A DNA stretch of 64,000 nucleotides from contig OX597826.1 of NCBI GenBank assembly GCA_951406725.2, positions 8,928,001 through 8,992,000 of the forward strand, written 5' to 3'. Origin of the DNA: Octopus vulgaris (taxonomy: Eukaryota). Both the position numbers and the translations under genes were made by a program. Positions 52,500-64,000 of this stretch are shown here, piece after piece. Each line of letters opens with the position of its first letter. Positions within the stretch are counted from its first letter, which is position 1. The notes under the pieces were generated by a model, which was not told where the DNA came from, did not search any database, and saw only the letters and a program-made list of their open reading frames with translations.

Positions 52500-53630
52500 G
52501 AGTGGTTGGCGTTAGGAAGGGCATCCAGCTGTAGAAACACTGCCAGATCTGACGGCCTGATGAAGCCTTCCGGCTTCACAGACCCCAGTTGAACCATCCA
52601 ACCCATGCTAGTATGGAAAACGGACGCTAAACGATGATGATGAGGAGGAGATATATATATATATATATATCTCACATCATCCTCGTTTAACATCTGTTTT
52701 CCATGGTGGCATGGGTTGGATGGTTTGACTGGAGACTGGTAAGCCAGGAGGCTGCACCAGGCTCCAATCTGATCTGACAATGTTTCTACAGCTGGATGCC
52801 TTTCCTAATGCTAACCACTCTGAGAGTGTTGTGGGTGCTTTTTTAACCAGCCCATTTAAGAATACCCTTCAATCATTAGGCAATAAACTGTGCTTACAAA
52901 GACCTGTTGAGGCAAGTGAAGTCATTGTTGTGGCTGGTAACAGTTCCGTCTGATTGGCACCCATGCCTGTGGCACGTAAAACACACCATTCGCGCATGGT
53001 CGTTGCCAGTGCCACCTGAATAGATCTCATGCCAGTGGTATGTAAAAAGCACCATTCAAGTGTTGCCGATGCCAGTGCTGCCCAACCGGCCCTTGTACTG
53101 GTGGCATGTAAAAAGCACCCACTACACTCTCAGAATGGTTGGTGTTAGGAAGGGCATCCAGCTGTAGAAACATTGCCAGATCAGATTGGAGCCTGGTGCA
53201 GCTTTCAGGCTTGCCAGCCCTCAGTCAAACTGTCCAACCCATGCCAGCATGGAAAGTAGACATGAAACGATGATTATGATGACATACAACAGGTTTCTTT
53301 CAGTTTCTATCTACCAAATCCACTAATGAAGTTTTGGTTGGTCCAAAGCTATAGAAGACATTTGCCCAAGGTGTCACACAGCAGGACAAACCCAGAACCA
53401 TGTAATTAGAAAGCAGACTTCTTACCACACCTTTATATTTACAAGTGTGTGTATATCATCATCATTTAACATCTGTTTTTCATGCTGGCATTGAATAGTT
53501 TGACAGGAGCTGGCTAGGCAGAAGACTGCATCTAGCCGCAGTGTCTGTTTTGGCATAGTTTTTATGGCCAGGCGCCCTTCCTAACACCAACTACCCTGTA
53601 GAGTGGACTGAGTGCTTTTTATGTAGTATC
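52500..53630. mobile_element. Cluster of family D retroposon copies in alternating orientation
   Basis: Motif GAGTGGTTGGCGTTAGGAAGGGCATCCAGCTGTAGAAAC...GGACG(C/T)TAAACGATGATGATG at 52500-52645 (+), 52675-52842 (-), about 52870-53285 (+) and about 53455-53630 (-). Also at 47830-48000, 57860-58377 and 59808-59990. Confidence 0.8.
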
Positions 53631-53659
53631 AGAACTGGTGATCTAAGAGGCTGTGTCAA

Positions 53660-54400
53660 GGGGTGAACATGATCATGGAGATTGGCATGCTTGGGTTGTA
53701 CAAACTTGATGGTACATTGCAGAGTCTTGTTGAAAGATGTATGATCTTCCATTGCATACTATGTCTACTCAAGGCTTCCCAACTTCTCCACCTTTGTGTA
53801 GAGTGGCATTGACTCAAGGAGGTATGACATCTCCCTCATTGCTGATGACTCACAGAACCACTACAATTGCTGGGAACTTAGCATGCATGACTGCTGGAAT
53901 CTCATTTGAGTCTCTGCATAACCATCTGTTGTTCCTTCAGTTTACCTTTTGGTCCTGATTAAAGTTTTTCTCATTGGAGAAAAGCCCAAAAGCATTCCAG
54001 CCTCTTGGTGTTTTAACTTGTTTAGCAAGCACTTTGCACAGATTGAATAATTCTCTCTTGTCCCATCTGACATAATCTGATTGACCTCTCTGCATCACAT
54101 CTTGTACTTAATGTCCTAGTGCGCAACTCTTTTGATGGTGCATTCTGAAAATTAGAGGTCCTTTGCAATGGCTCTAATTTTCCAAGGATTTTATCAATTA
54201 TTTCTTGCACTTTTGGTACAGAGTTATGTGTTTTGATTTGGCTGTTGATCTTGGATCCTCATCAGCAGCTTCCTGCTCCTTTTCAACTTTGACAACGAAG
54301 GCTCAGGCAACTCTCAGGAACTGAGCTATCTTTGTATCACTATGCTGCACTTTTAATGCAACGATTACAACATGCTTTTTTATTTACTGAGTCAACCTGA
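53660..54400 (-). mobile_element. Decayed maT (DD37D-like) Tc1/mariner transposase
   Basis: FSNEKNFNQDQKVN*RNNRWLC...VMHAKFPAIVVVL*VISNEGDVIPP...GRSYIFQQDSAMYH. Confidence 0.8.
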
Positions 54401-55314
54401 TGTTTGATATTTATATGAAAAGTAAAGCAAAAATAATTAAGAATTTAGAGCTCTTGAGAGCGACATCCTCAAAAAACTGGCACACCATTTATATTGCTGT
54501 CTGTGCTTGTGTATCTATGAAAGTTATCATTTCTGCTTCTCACATGAGCTTGTCTGAGAGAAAAACTAAATGTTTTTATATTTGCATTCCTGGTGGACTA
54601 TATATCCCATGGCTCTGTTCTCCTGAAGTAGTGGAATAAAAAAAATCCCATGGTAAAACAGGTAAGAATTGGCAACAAGAAAAGTGTACCTGTCCTATAT
54701 TTGCCAGCATTGAAAAAAGGACTTTCAAAATATGGATAAACATATATAGAAGCAAATATGACCATGTGGTTAAGAAGTTTGCTTTGGATCCATGTGGTTA
54801 ATGATTCATTTCCATTGTATGGATACTATTGGCTGGTGTCTTTTATTGTAGCTATGGTTTGACCATTGCCTTACTAGCTAAATTTGACCAATGGAAGCTG
54901 TAATAAATTTGTATATGTGCATATATCTTTGTAGGTGCATGCTAATTGTAATTCTCCAGGAAAGCATATTCAGCCTGTGAGCTGTTTGTTGCTTGATGAA
55001 TTAAGAAGCATTACCTTATTTGGAAACAAGTTAGAATTGATGACAGGATGTGCATTAGGCAGTCGAAAATCCTGCCTAAAGTTTGACCCATTGCAAGCAT
55101 GGATAAGTGGATTTTTATTTATCCTATGACCCTAAAAATATGAAAGATCCATAAGAAAATTGCCTTATATACAGTCTTCTGATTCTAAAATCATTGATTG
55201 GAAAGGGATATGTGAAAGATGAAATTAGTTCATATGATTTTTGACAATATAAGGTGAATAACAAGCATCCATATGTCAAAATATTTTCTATGTTACAAAT
55301 TATCAGAATAGATA

Positions 55315-55650
55315 TGTGGTTTTCATAACTTGGTGTTCTACTACATCTTGCTATTAGTTTGAGAAAGTATTTCAGTGAAATCCTTCCAAGAAGGTAGGTC
55401 AGAAAATGAGGCCCAGTTGAATGGCTACCTAGGTTTCCAGGCCATGACACCCTTTGATTTTTCTCTTAAAAGGGCCATGTTAAATCAACACTCTGTATGA
55501 ATTAACTTAGAACTATCAATGCATTAAAAGAGGCAATCATATCTACTAATGATAATGAGTTGAGATACCCTATGAAAGGTTCAAATGTCATGTATTTAAT
55601 GGGAGCATAAAATGCTTTAGTGTTAAAAACCTTCAACTAATTCAAGCATC
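55315..55650 (+). mobile_element. Tc1/mariner-type transposase C-terminal remnant
   Basis: LRKYFSEILPRR*VRK*GPVEWLPRFPG.TPFDF...GHVKS resembles RWIGR.GP..WPPRSPDLTPLDFFLWG.VK. Confidence 0.65.
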
Positions 55651-56599
55651 TGTTGTAATTTCAGACTTTAAAAAAAAAAGTTTTCTTTCTATGGATACAG
55701 ATTTTGGGCTACTCTGTGTGTGTGTGATATAATGTGAGTGTGTGGTTAAGCAAAGGCATGGTTATATGTTTAAGAAGCTCGCTCTGCAGCCAAGCAGGTT
55801 TCAGCTTCAGTCCAACTGTGTGGCACCTTGGGCAAGTGTCCTCTACTGTTGCCCTGGCCCAACCAGTGCCTTGTGTTGAACTTTGTTGATGAAAACAGTA
55901 TGGAAGCCCAACATATGTGCATATATGTGTCTGTCTGTCTCTGTTTGTCCCTCGCCACTGTTTGATAACTGGTGTTTGTTTGTTCATGTTCCTGTAACTT
56001 AATGGTTCAGGAATAAAAGATTGATAGAATAAGTGCCAGACTTTGGAAAAACAGTACTGGATCGATTTGTTTGCTTAAACTCTTCAAAGCAGTGCTCCAG
56101 TGTGGCCACAGTCTAATGAAGGAACAAGTAAATGAGGAAACAAATAAATAAAAGATAAACGATATACATACACACATAAATAATTTGGGGTGGGACCAGA
56201 TTTTCTATGTAAGATATAATTATCTTCTTCCTGTTGATAATTTTCTAGCAACAGAGACAAATGTGTCTCTCATTTCATAAACAGTATCAGCTACCAACTT
56301 TTGTTAGAAGTTACAATATAGCTAACACAAAGGAAATGAAAGCAATTGCCCCCACCACAGTTATTATGCAAGCTAAACCTTGTATTATCTTCTCCCTTAT
56401 TCTGTTTAAATTATGATGAGGGATTATCATTGGCTTTAAACTCTGCTTTTTTTTTATAAAAAGATCCTTCTTAGCAGGATTATAATTCCATGTGATATTT
56501 TGTAATGTTTAAGAATGGAAGGCGCAGTGACCGGCCGTTAGATAGCATACCAGATTCTTTAACTCTGAGATGATTCTCTGTTTCTGCCTCGATGCTGAT

Positions 56600-56960
56600 G
56601 TTGGCATTGTTGTTGTTATTTAGTCTCCAGCTCATCCCTGATCGAGCAGACGCTTTAGTAAAAGTAGTTCTCCAACCATGACTATCATATCATTTTCTGT
56701 TTTGTACAGACGTAGTGTTCTCATTATTAAATATATCCTTCCTTGTTGTTTAGCCCCAGGTCGGCACTGATTGAGTAGTCCTATTTCTAAAAGTGTTCCA
56801 GTTGTCATCATTCCATCATCTACAGCCCCACCCTCACTCATGAGATATAACACATCTAAGACTATATTAATCCCTGTTTCTTTCCTTATTATTTTGCCCC
56901 AGAGTCAGTCTTGATTGAGTAGACTTATAATCAAAAGAATTCCACTGATGACCATTGTTT
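56600..56960 (-). repeat. Three tandem tails of an old dispersed repeat (family E)
   Basis: TTAGCCCCAGGTCAG.CCTGATCGAGCAGAC...TTCCA...ATGACCAT consensus. Also near 3590, 7690, 11260, 15530, 27680, 46260, 51840 and 63540. Confidence 0.6.
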
Positions 56961-57065
56961 GTGTATGTCTTAGATGAATTTCCCAATCTGCCACCCCTTT
57001 TTTTAAGTGAAAATCTATGCCATTTTGTACTATCAGAAAAATATTTTAACTAATTTACAACTGTT

Positions 57066-57300
57066 TTCACTAAAAAGAAACCGTACCTCTTATATCCATG
57101 GTAAAACTTTCACCTGAAGTAACTGTATAGTGAGAAATCATATCCTTGTGATCTCTGTGATAGGATTTTCATTCAAAGTAATAGATTCTCTCACAGAGGT
57201 TTCGACATAGGTGAGCGACTCCAAGCTCCGTTATAGTAAAAGTTTGTCATAAACAGACGCCACAGTACTGAGAAAATCTCATCTGCAAAGCAGTTTCCTC
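57066..57300 (+). pseudogene. Degenerate C2H2 zinc-finger fragment
   Basis: KKPYL..IHGKTFT*SN..SEKSYPCDLCDRIFIQSN...IGER resembles GEKPYxCDICGKxF repeats, with stops and frameshifts. Confidence 0.5.
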
Positions 57301-58489
57301 AAACCCTCTTTGATCTGTGGACAGATTTTTACTACTAAAAAAAAAAACTTTGAAAGAATTTTGGACAGCATAATTTACATACTTACAAAAAGTGAGCTAA
57401 AGGAAATAATTCTAGTGGATCAATGATATAGATTTGGGTATTTCAGGTAGAGCAGTATTGAATGATGTATGCCAAACATTATAAATGTATTATATCGATA
57501 GGTGCAGACACAGCTGTGTGGTTGAGAAGTTTGTTTTCCAGCCACATGATTCAGTCCCGTTGTGCAGCACATTAGGCAAGTGTTTTCTACAAGGGCCCTG
57601 GGCTGGCCAAAGCTTTGCAAATGGATTTGGTAGACAAACTGAAAGTTTATATATAATTTAAAGATCCAATAGAGGTAGAATCAACAAAAAAAAGTACTCC
57701 ATCCAGTGAGAGACAAATATCAATTTAAATACACAACTGATAAAGCTATTAAGTTTCATGCTTTTATGATACTTGAACAGGCATATTACAAAATACACCA
57801 CATATCTTAAAGCAATCAAAATTTGTATATATATGTATATATATATCCTGCTGTGCTTACCTTGGACCGTAGGGCAACATGCTGTGCTTGAGGAGATCTA
57901 TTGAGTCAAGTATATCAACTTCAAAATAAAAATCAAATGGAAATTGTAGTTGTGATCCCTGTGCCGATGGCACGTAAAAAACACCATCTGAATGTGGCCA
58001 ATGCCAGCGCCGCCTTGACTGGCTTCCATGCTGGTGGCACGTAAAAAGCACCCACTACACTCACTGAGTGGTTGGCGTTAGGAAGGGCATCCAACTGTAG
58101 AAACACTGCCAGATCAGACTGAAGCCTGGTGCAGCCTCTTGGCTTTCCAGACCCCAGTCGAACTGTCCAACCCATGTTAACATGGAAAATGGACGTTAAA
58201 TGATGATGATATATATATATCATCATCGTCGTTTAACGTCCGTTCTCCATGCTAGCATGGGTTGGACGGTTCGACCGGGGTTCTGGGAAGCCAGAAGGCT
58301 GCACCAGGCTCCAGTCTAATCTGGCAATGTTTCTACAGCTGGATGCCCTTCCTAACGCCAACCACTCCGTGAGTGTAGACATATATATATATATATATAT
58401 ATATAATGTGTTTGTGTCTCTGTCTCAACATTGCATGAGAGCTATTAATGAGTGTCAGTCATACAAGCAATGTTATTGCACAAAACCTG

Positions 58490-59335
58490 TTTTGTCATGC
58501 AATCTAGACCTCTCACATCAAGTCTCCATGAATAAAGACTTTGAAAGTATCCCCCAAATGGATTATGCCAATCTTGTCTCCTTCAGTGGCACTAAAATAC
58601 ACTCACTATACACATCAATATGACTGTATCCTCCTGTCCCTGTTCACTCTCTTTTACTCTTTTCAGTCATTTGACTGTGGCCATGCTGGAGCACCACCTT
58701 TTAGTCGAGCAAATTGACCCCAGGACTTATTCTTTGGAAGCCTAGTACTTATTCTATCGGTCTCTTTTTGCCGAACTGCTAAGTTACGGGTACATAAACA
58801 CACCAGCATCGATTGTCAAACGATGTTGGGGGGGGGGGCAAACACAGATACATACATATATACGACAGGCTTCTTTCAGTTTCCATCTACCAAATCCACT
58901 CACAAGGCTTTGGTCGATTTGAGGCTATAGTGGAAGACACTTGCCCAAGGTTCCATGCTGTGGGACTGAACCTAGAACCATGTGGTTGGTAAGCAAGCTA
59001 CTTACCACACAGCCACTCCTACGCCTACACATGAACAACACACAAATGGAACTCACAGGGTCCATTACAAATACAAAGTCGTACCACTGCAGTGTGAATC
59101 TGTTTTTGCAAATGCACTTCAAGATAAGCAAAGACTGCATTACAGAAGTGGCATTTCTCTTCAGTGCTTAACATTTACTGTCTACTAGCCCCTAACTCCA
59201 TACAAAGCTCAGGTGAGACCTGTAATGAAATACTGCACCCATGTTTGAAATGGTACTGTTACTCCACACCTTCAATATCCTAGACTGCATTCCAAAACAA
59301 AAATAATAAAAAAAAACATTTGACTGATTGGCATG
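58490..59335 (+). mobile_element. CR1/Jockey-group RT remnant interrupted by a SINE A
   Basis: NKDFESI...ANLVSFS.TK before the SINE and YKAQVRPVMKYCTHV*NG...ILDCI after it. Confidence 0.6.
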
Positions 59336-60594
59336 AAGTCACTTTTTTAAGACGTTAGAGTGTGATTTGAACGAGATTTTGGTTGCTAATTCTAGCCTTT
59401 AATTTATGCAGACTTAATGATGCCATAAATAAAATTTACTTTACAGTCATTTGTGCTTCATTAATTAATTAGTGATTAATTAATGTAGAATAACAAAAGT
59501 AGTATGTTTGTTGCAAATCATGTATCAGTCCACTTTTACAGTGTCAACATTTTTGTTGCTTCTTTGTCCTCGATTCAAAAGTTATGGTTGTCTGACTTGG
59601 CCTTTTCTTCCATCTATATTGTCAATAAATATATTCTGAACCCACGTCCTTTACAAAATGTCATCTCATACTGGCATTTGATTGTAAGTCTGTAGCCACA
59701 TGACAGTTTTGTTTCCATAAACAAGTCTACAGGAATTGATAAAGTTAATTTACATAGCGGAAGAATTTATAAATGTTTTGAATGAAATGGAACACATCAC
59801 CACGTAATCATCATCATCATCATTTAATGTCCGTTTTCCGTGCTAGCACGGGTTGGACGGTTCGACCAGAGTCTGGGAAGCCAGGAGGCTGCACCAGGCT
59901 CCAGTCTGACCTGGCAGTGTTTCTACAGCTGGATGCTCTTCTTAACACCAACCACTCCGTGAGTGTAGTGAGTGCTTACGGAGTGGTTGGCTGTCCACTG
60001 TCCAAAGCATTTTCATAAGTTTGCCCTGAATGTCCATGCTTGTTTTCAGACTTTTAGTTAACCCTTGTCTTATACATTCTGCATAATATAAAGCTTTCCT
60101 TTCAGAAGTCCCAAGTTACTTAATCAGTTGAAAAAAAAATTGGGAATGCATATCATATATGATGCTTGGATGACAGGAAAATATGTCTTTGGTGTCACAT
60201 GTGATACACAGGACAGGCTAAGGATACAATAATAAACTTGTAAGAATGCCACATTAAATAGGGATTTCAGGGTATAGTTTGCAATAGAGAAGTTTGGTTT
60301 ATAAGGATATAAAAAGACATTCTTTCATCCAACATATACACAACTTTCTTTTTCTCTTTCACTGATGAAAACTAAACATACAAAATACTAATTAATGTCT
60401 GAAGCAATTTTAATTACACATTAATTTTAATATCAATTATACATTGTGTAGTTCCCAGTTTATTTAGATGCATAACTGTATGCATATTTCCAAAACTCAT
60501 ATGATTATTTTGAAGCAGTACCCATCATCTTCATAGCATAATCACTATTTTAAAGGTACCATATTGTATCTATTGTTATCTATATATATATATA

Positions 60595-60783
60595 TGGTGG
60601 AATTCAACTCATGACCGAGTAAGACCACTTCCTAAACTCATTAAGTCTGTGCAAATGTTCCAGGAATCCAAGAAGTTCCTGTGCATGAATTTTTTTCGAG
60701 CAGATGAAATATTTCGCAGCACTGAACCCATTTTTCAGGACAATCAGCTATTAAAAGCAGAAGCACAACAGTGTTTGAGATAG
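60595..60783 (+). mobile_element. Possible hAT transposase fragment
   Basis: Open frame WWNSTHDRVRPLPKLIKSV resembles the hAT TRWNST..ML..L motif. Confidence 0.35.
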
Positions 60784-60884
60784 CCAGAAACCAACTGCAC
60801 TTTAAGTTGGGATTTTTTTATTATTTAGTTTACCTTCTCCTAGAAGAAAGTTCTAATGCAAAGTAGGGGCACCCATACAGTCAC

Positions 60885-61118
60885 CCACACATACCAGCCT
60901 CTCCTCTCCATGCCACAAATGATATCCAAGGGAAAAGCAAAGGCTGATACAGCTTGGCACCAGCAATGTCACAATTCCTTTCTACAGCTGAGTGAACTAG
61001 AGCAATGTGAAATAAAGTGTCTTGCTCAAGAACACAACACAGCCTGGTCCAGGAAATGAATTCACTATCTCATGATAGTGAGCCTGGTGCTCTAACCACT
61101 GAGCCATGCACCTTCACA
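60885..61118 (-). mobile_element. tRNA-derived SINE with V-domain-like body (second copy about 61765-61978)
   Basis: TGGCTCAGTGGTTAGAGCA head; GTGTTCTTGAGCAAGACACTT...TTGCTCTAGTTCACTCAGCTG body. Confidence 0.7.
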
Positions 61119-62005
61119 CTATTGTTGGTAGATAGGTAGGTAGAGAAAAATATTTGTTTTTACGTCCAGTTATGATAGAAGTAATTTAACATGAAACATA
61201 AGGATTACTTAATACTTTCATAGAATGCACACAGACCGTCTGATGATGGCTTAGCTGGCCAAAACTTCAGAGTCACACTCAATATTATTCTTGTTACAGA
61301 ATAAAATATATTTGTGTGTGTCTCTGTGTGTACACAATTTACAATTCCTTAAAAAAATTACAATTTAATGAATGAATTTCAGTGTGCGTAATTCAGTGAA
61401 AGGTTACTATTTTGATGTTAGTAACTATATCCACTGCCTTTCAAATTTAATGTAGTTGTCATGAAAGCAGAATTTGTTCTACTTCCTGCTGTCATTACAA
61501 ATGTGTGCTTTCCAGAGGATGTGATAGGAGGAGGAAGAAAAAGCTGTTGGTGCAGTTTTTTTTTCTCCCTCCAGCTGTTGCATCCTCATTGTTGCCCTGG
61601 GCCAAGTGTGGGAGGGCCGAGAGTGTGTTTATGTCTACTTGAAGCTACATAAACACTTAAAAGAATTAGTGAAAGCATGATCAGAGCTGTCTCAGCCACA
61701 TTTTAGGCTACTGAACAAATCAGTACACTGGCCCCTATAGTTAGTCCACATTACCCCATAAGCATCATAGGGCTGGTTTCTCTGGCATATATATTCCTCC
61801 CCAAACGGGACACCAGTCTATCACAGGATTACTAATTTTTACCAGCTGAGTGGACGGGAGCAATGTGAGATGAAGTGTTTTTGCTAAAGAACACAGTGCG
61901 TTGTCTGGTCCTGGAACTGAAACCGCTATCTTACAATTGAGAGTCCAACACTCTAACCACTAAGCCATGTGTCTCCCATGTAGAGCCCTATGATATTTAT
62001 TATTA

Positions 62006-62237
62006 CGGCGGTGAGCTGGCAGAATCGTTAGCACGCCGGGCGAAATGCATAGGTGTATTTCGTCTGCCGTTACGTTCTGAGTTCAAATTCCACCGAGGTC
62101 GACTTTGCCTTTCATCCTTTCGGGGTCGATAAATTAAGTACCAGTTACGCACTGGGGTCGATATAATCGACTTAATCCGTTTGTCTGTCCTTGTTTGTCC
62201 TCTCTCTGTTTAGCCCCTTGTGGGTAGTAAAGAAATA
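62006..62237 (+). mobile_element. SINE family B, young full-length copy
   Basis: Complete from head to TGTGGGTAGTAAAGAAATA tail; GATATTTATT repeated on both flanks. Confidence 0.92.
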
Positions 62238-63039
62238 GATATTTATTGATAGCAACCTGCAGTATACATAGACCTGAACTGGGCCTCTAAAACTCTGAGG
62301 ACCACTGTTCTCATTGTCTTAAGTGTGGCACTGAGCATGAATCATGCTGCCTAGTTATGCTCGAGAGTAATGATGGCTACAGTTATGTTTGATTACAAGC
62401 ATAGAAAACCTAATGAACTATGTTTTTTTTTAGTCAAACATATGTTTTTATGCATGTCTATATCACAGGGGTTCATAAATGATGCATTGCAGCAGATTGT
62501 ATGCTGCAGAGGTTATCTAAATATGTTCTCAGGCTTTAGAAAATTTGTATTAATACTTGAGCTTCGTGAAATGTCTGTTCATAATTTTGTTATATGGAAG
62601 TATGATCAATAAGGCAAAGTAAGCAATAGTTTTATATGTTCTGATTTTTTTGCTAATTTTCAACAATAAAACGGTTTTGTTTAATTTTCCATGTGATAAT
62701 TTTTTTGATATCCATTGCTCTTGTAATTTTTGTTATTTCATCTGTGAGCCATAAAGTCTTTTGATTGCAAACCACAGGTTGTGTGCGTGCGTGTGTTTTA
62801 ATGTCCATATTTCCAAACTTGCATAGATCAGTTGGAATTCATTGAAGCAGGTTTTTCTATGGCCAGATGCCCTTCCTGTCACCAACCCTCACCTGTTTCC
62901 AAACAAGGTAGAAGTGTTTCCTCATGGAAATACTATCCAGGCATGTTTTCACTGAAGATTAAAAATGAACAACACTGCTTGTATGACAGTGGCACTTAAT
63001 ACTATCATGTGATGTCAAGACAAGAGACAAACACGTGTG

Positions 63040-63275
<236 letters not shown>

Positions 63276-64000
63276 CTGTATTTTATGGCAAGGAAGATGT
63301 ACCCTGATTTTGGGACTATAATTCTAGGAAAATACATCTTCTTGATTTTAAGGTGATGAGATATGGTTTAAGGGGAATTTGGCAGCTATCTTTAGCAGAT
63401 TGAGTGACCTACTGTCTTAACTGAAGTGGTTCTACAAGAAATTTTCTTTTTGTTTTGAAGTTTAGGAGAATATTTATATGTAAGTGGAATGTGAGGATAA
63501 TGATGATAGACAGGTGATTGCTTTCCATATTGGTGATTGTGTTTAGTCCCAGATCAGTCTTGATTGAGCAGATTTATGACCAAAGGCATTCCATTACTGA
63601 CCATTCCACTTTTTTTTAAGGGAATCTAGGACTATGTTGTCTAATGTGTCCTATTAATCAAGAAAGTGGGTTATAATTTGGAGATTTGGTTGCTATTTCT
63701 AGCAGTTTGAATGACCACATAGATGCTCCTTTATTTGACTTGTTTATTGTGTGGGTATGGCAGCTAAGTGTGTAAAAGAGGAGGTGGTATATTGCAAACA
63801 GTTATTGTTGTTAACTTGTTGATGTTTTGTTTAAAATGTAAGAGCAGGGTGTCTATTATATTGTTTTTTGCCAGGAATATGTGGTATGCAATGAAGTCCT
63901 TTTTTAATTATAGCATATGTGTTGTGTATTGAGATGTTGTAGTTTAGGGAGTAACTTATCGGACAGCTAGTGTGATTGAGGGTGATGTCAGCATCCCATA

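Overview
Eukaryotic, AT-rich window dense in repeats and microsatellites. The tRNA-derived SINE families, Penelope-type remnants and C2H2 zinc-finger debris point to a cephalopod (Octopus-like) genome; this is an inference from recognised repeats. No intact protein-coding gene can be demonstrated, and almost all ORFs in the track are microsatellite or SINE read-throughs. The window holds several SINE families, 3' remnants of L1/Tx1-, CR1-, CRE- and Penelope(Neptune)-type retroelements, decayed mariner, maT, Tc1 and hAT transposases, Merlin-like MITEs with 8-bp TSDs and a non-autonomous Helitron. The main unexpected signal is a population of about 15 type-I hammerhead ribozyme motifs in at least five sequence families. 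Some look intact (6087-6170, 19940-19984), several sit in fold-back insertions, and one family follows a tRNA-Ile-like head. Other points: a SINE whose 3' tail matches an L1/Tx1-like LINE, SINE concatemers with a recurrent junction, two RFX X-boxes, a speculative spliced secreted-peptide precursor, and an apparent CpG-decay boundary near 43-44 kb. All coordinates were read by eye and repeat edges are approximate.
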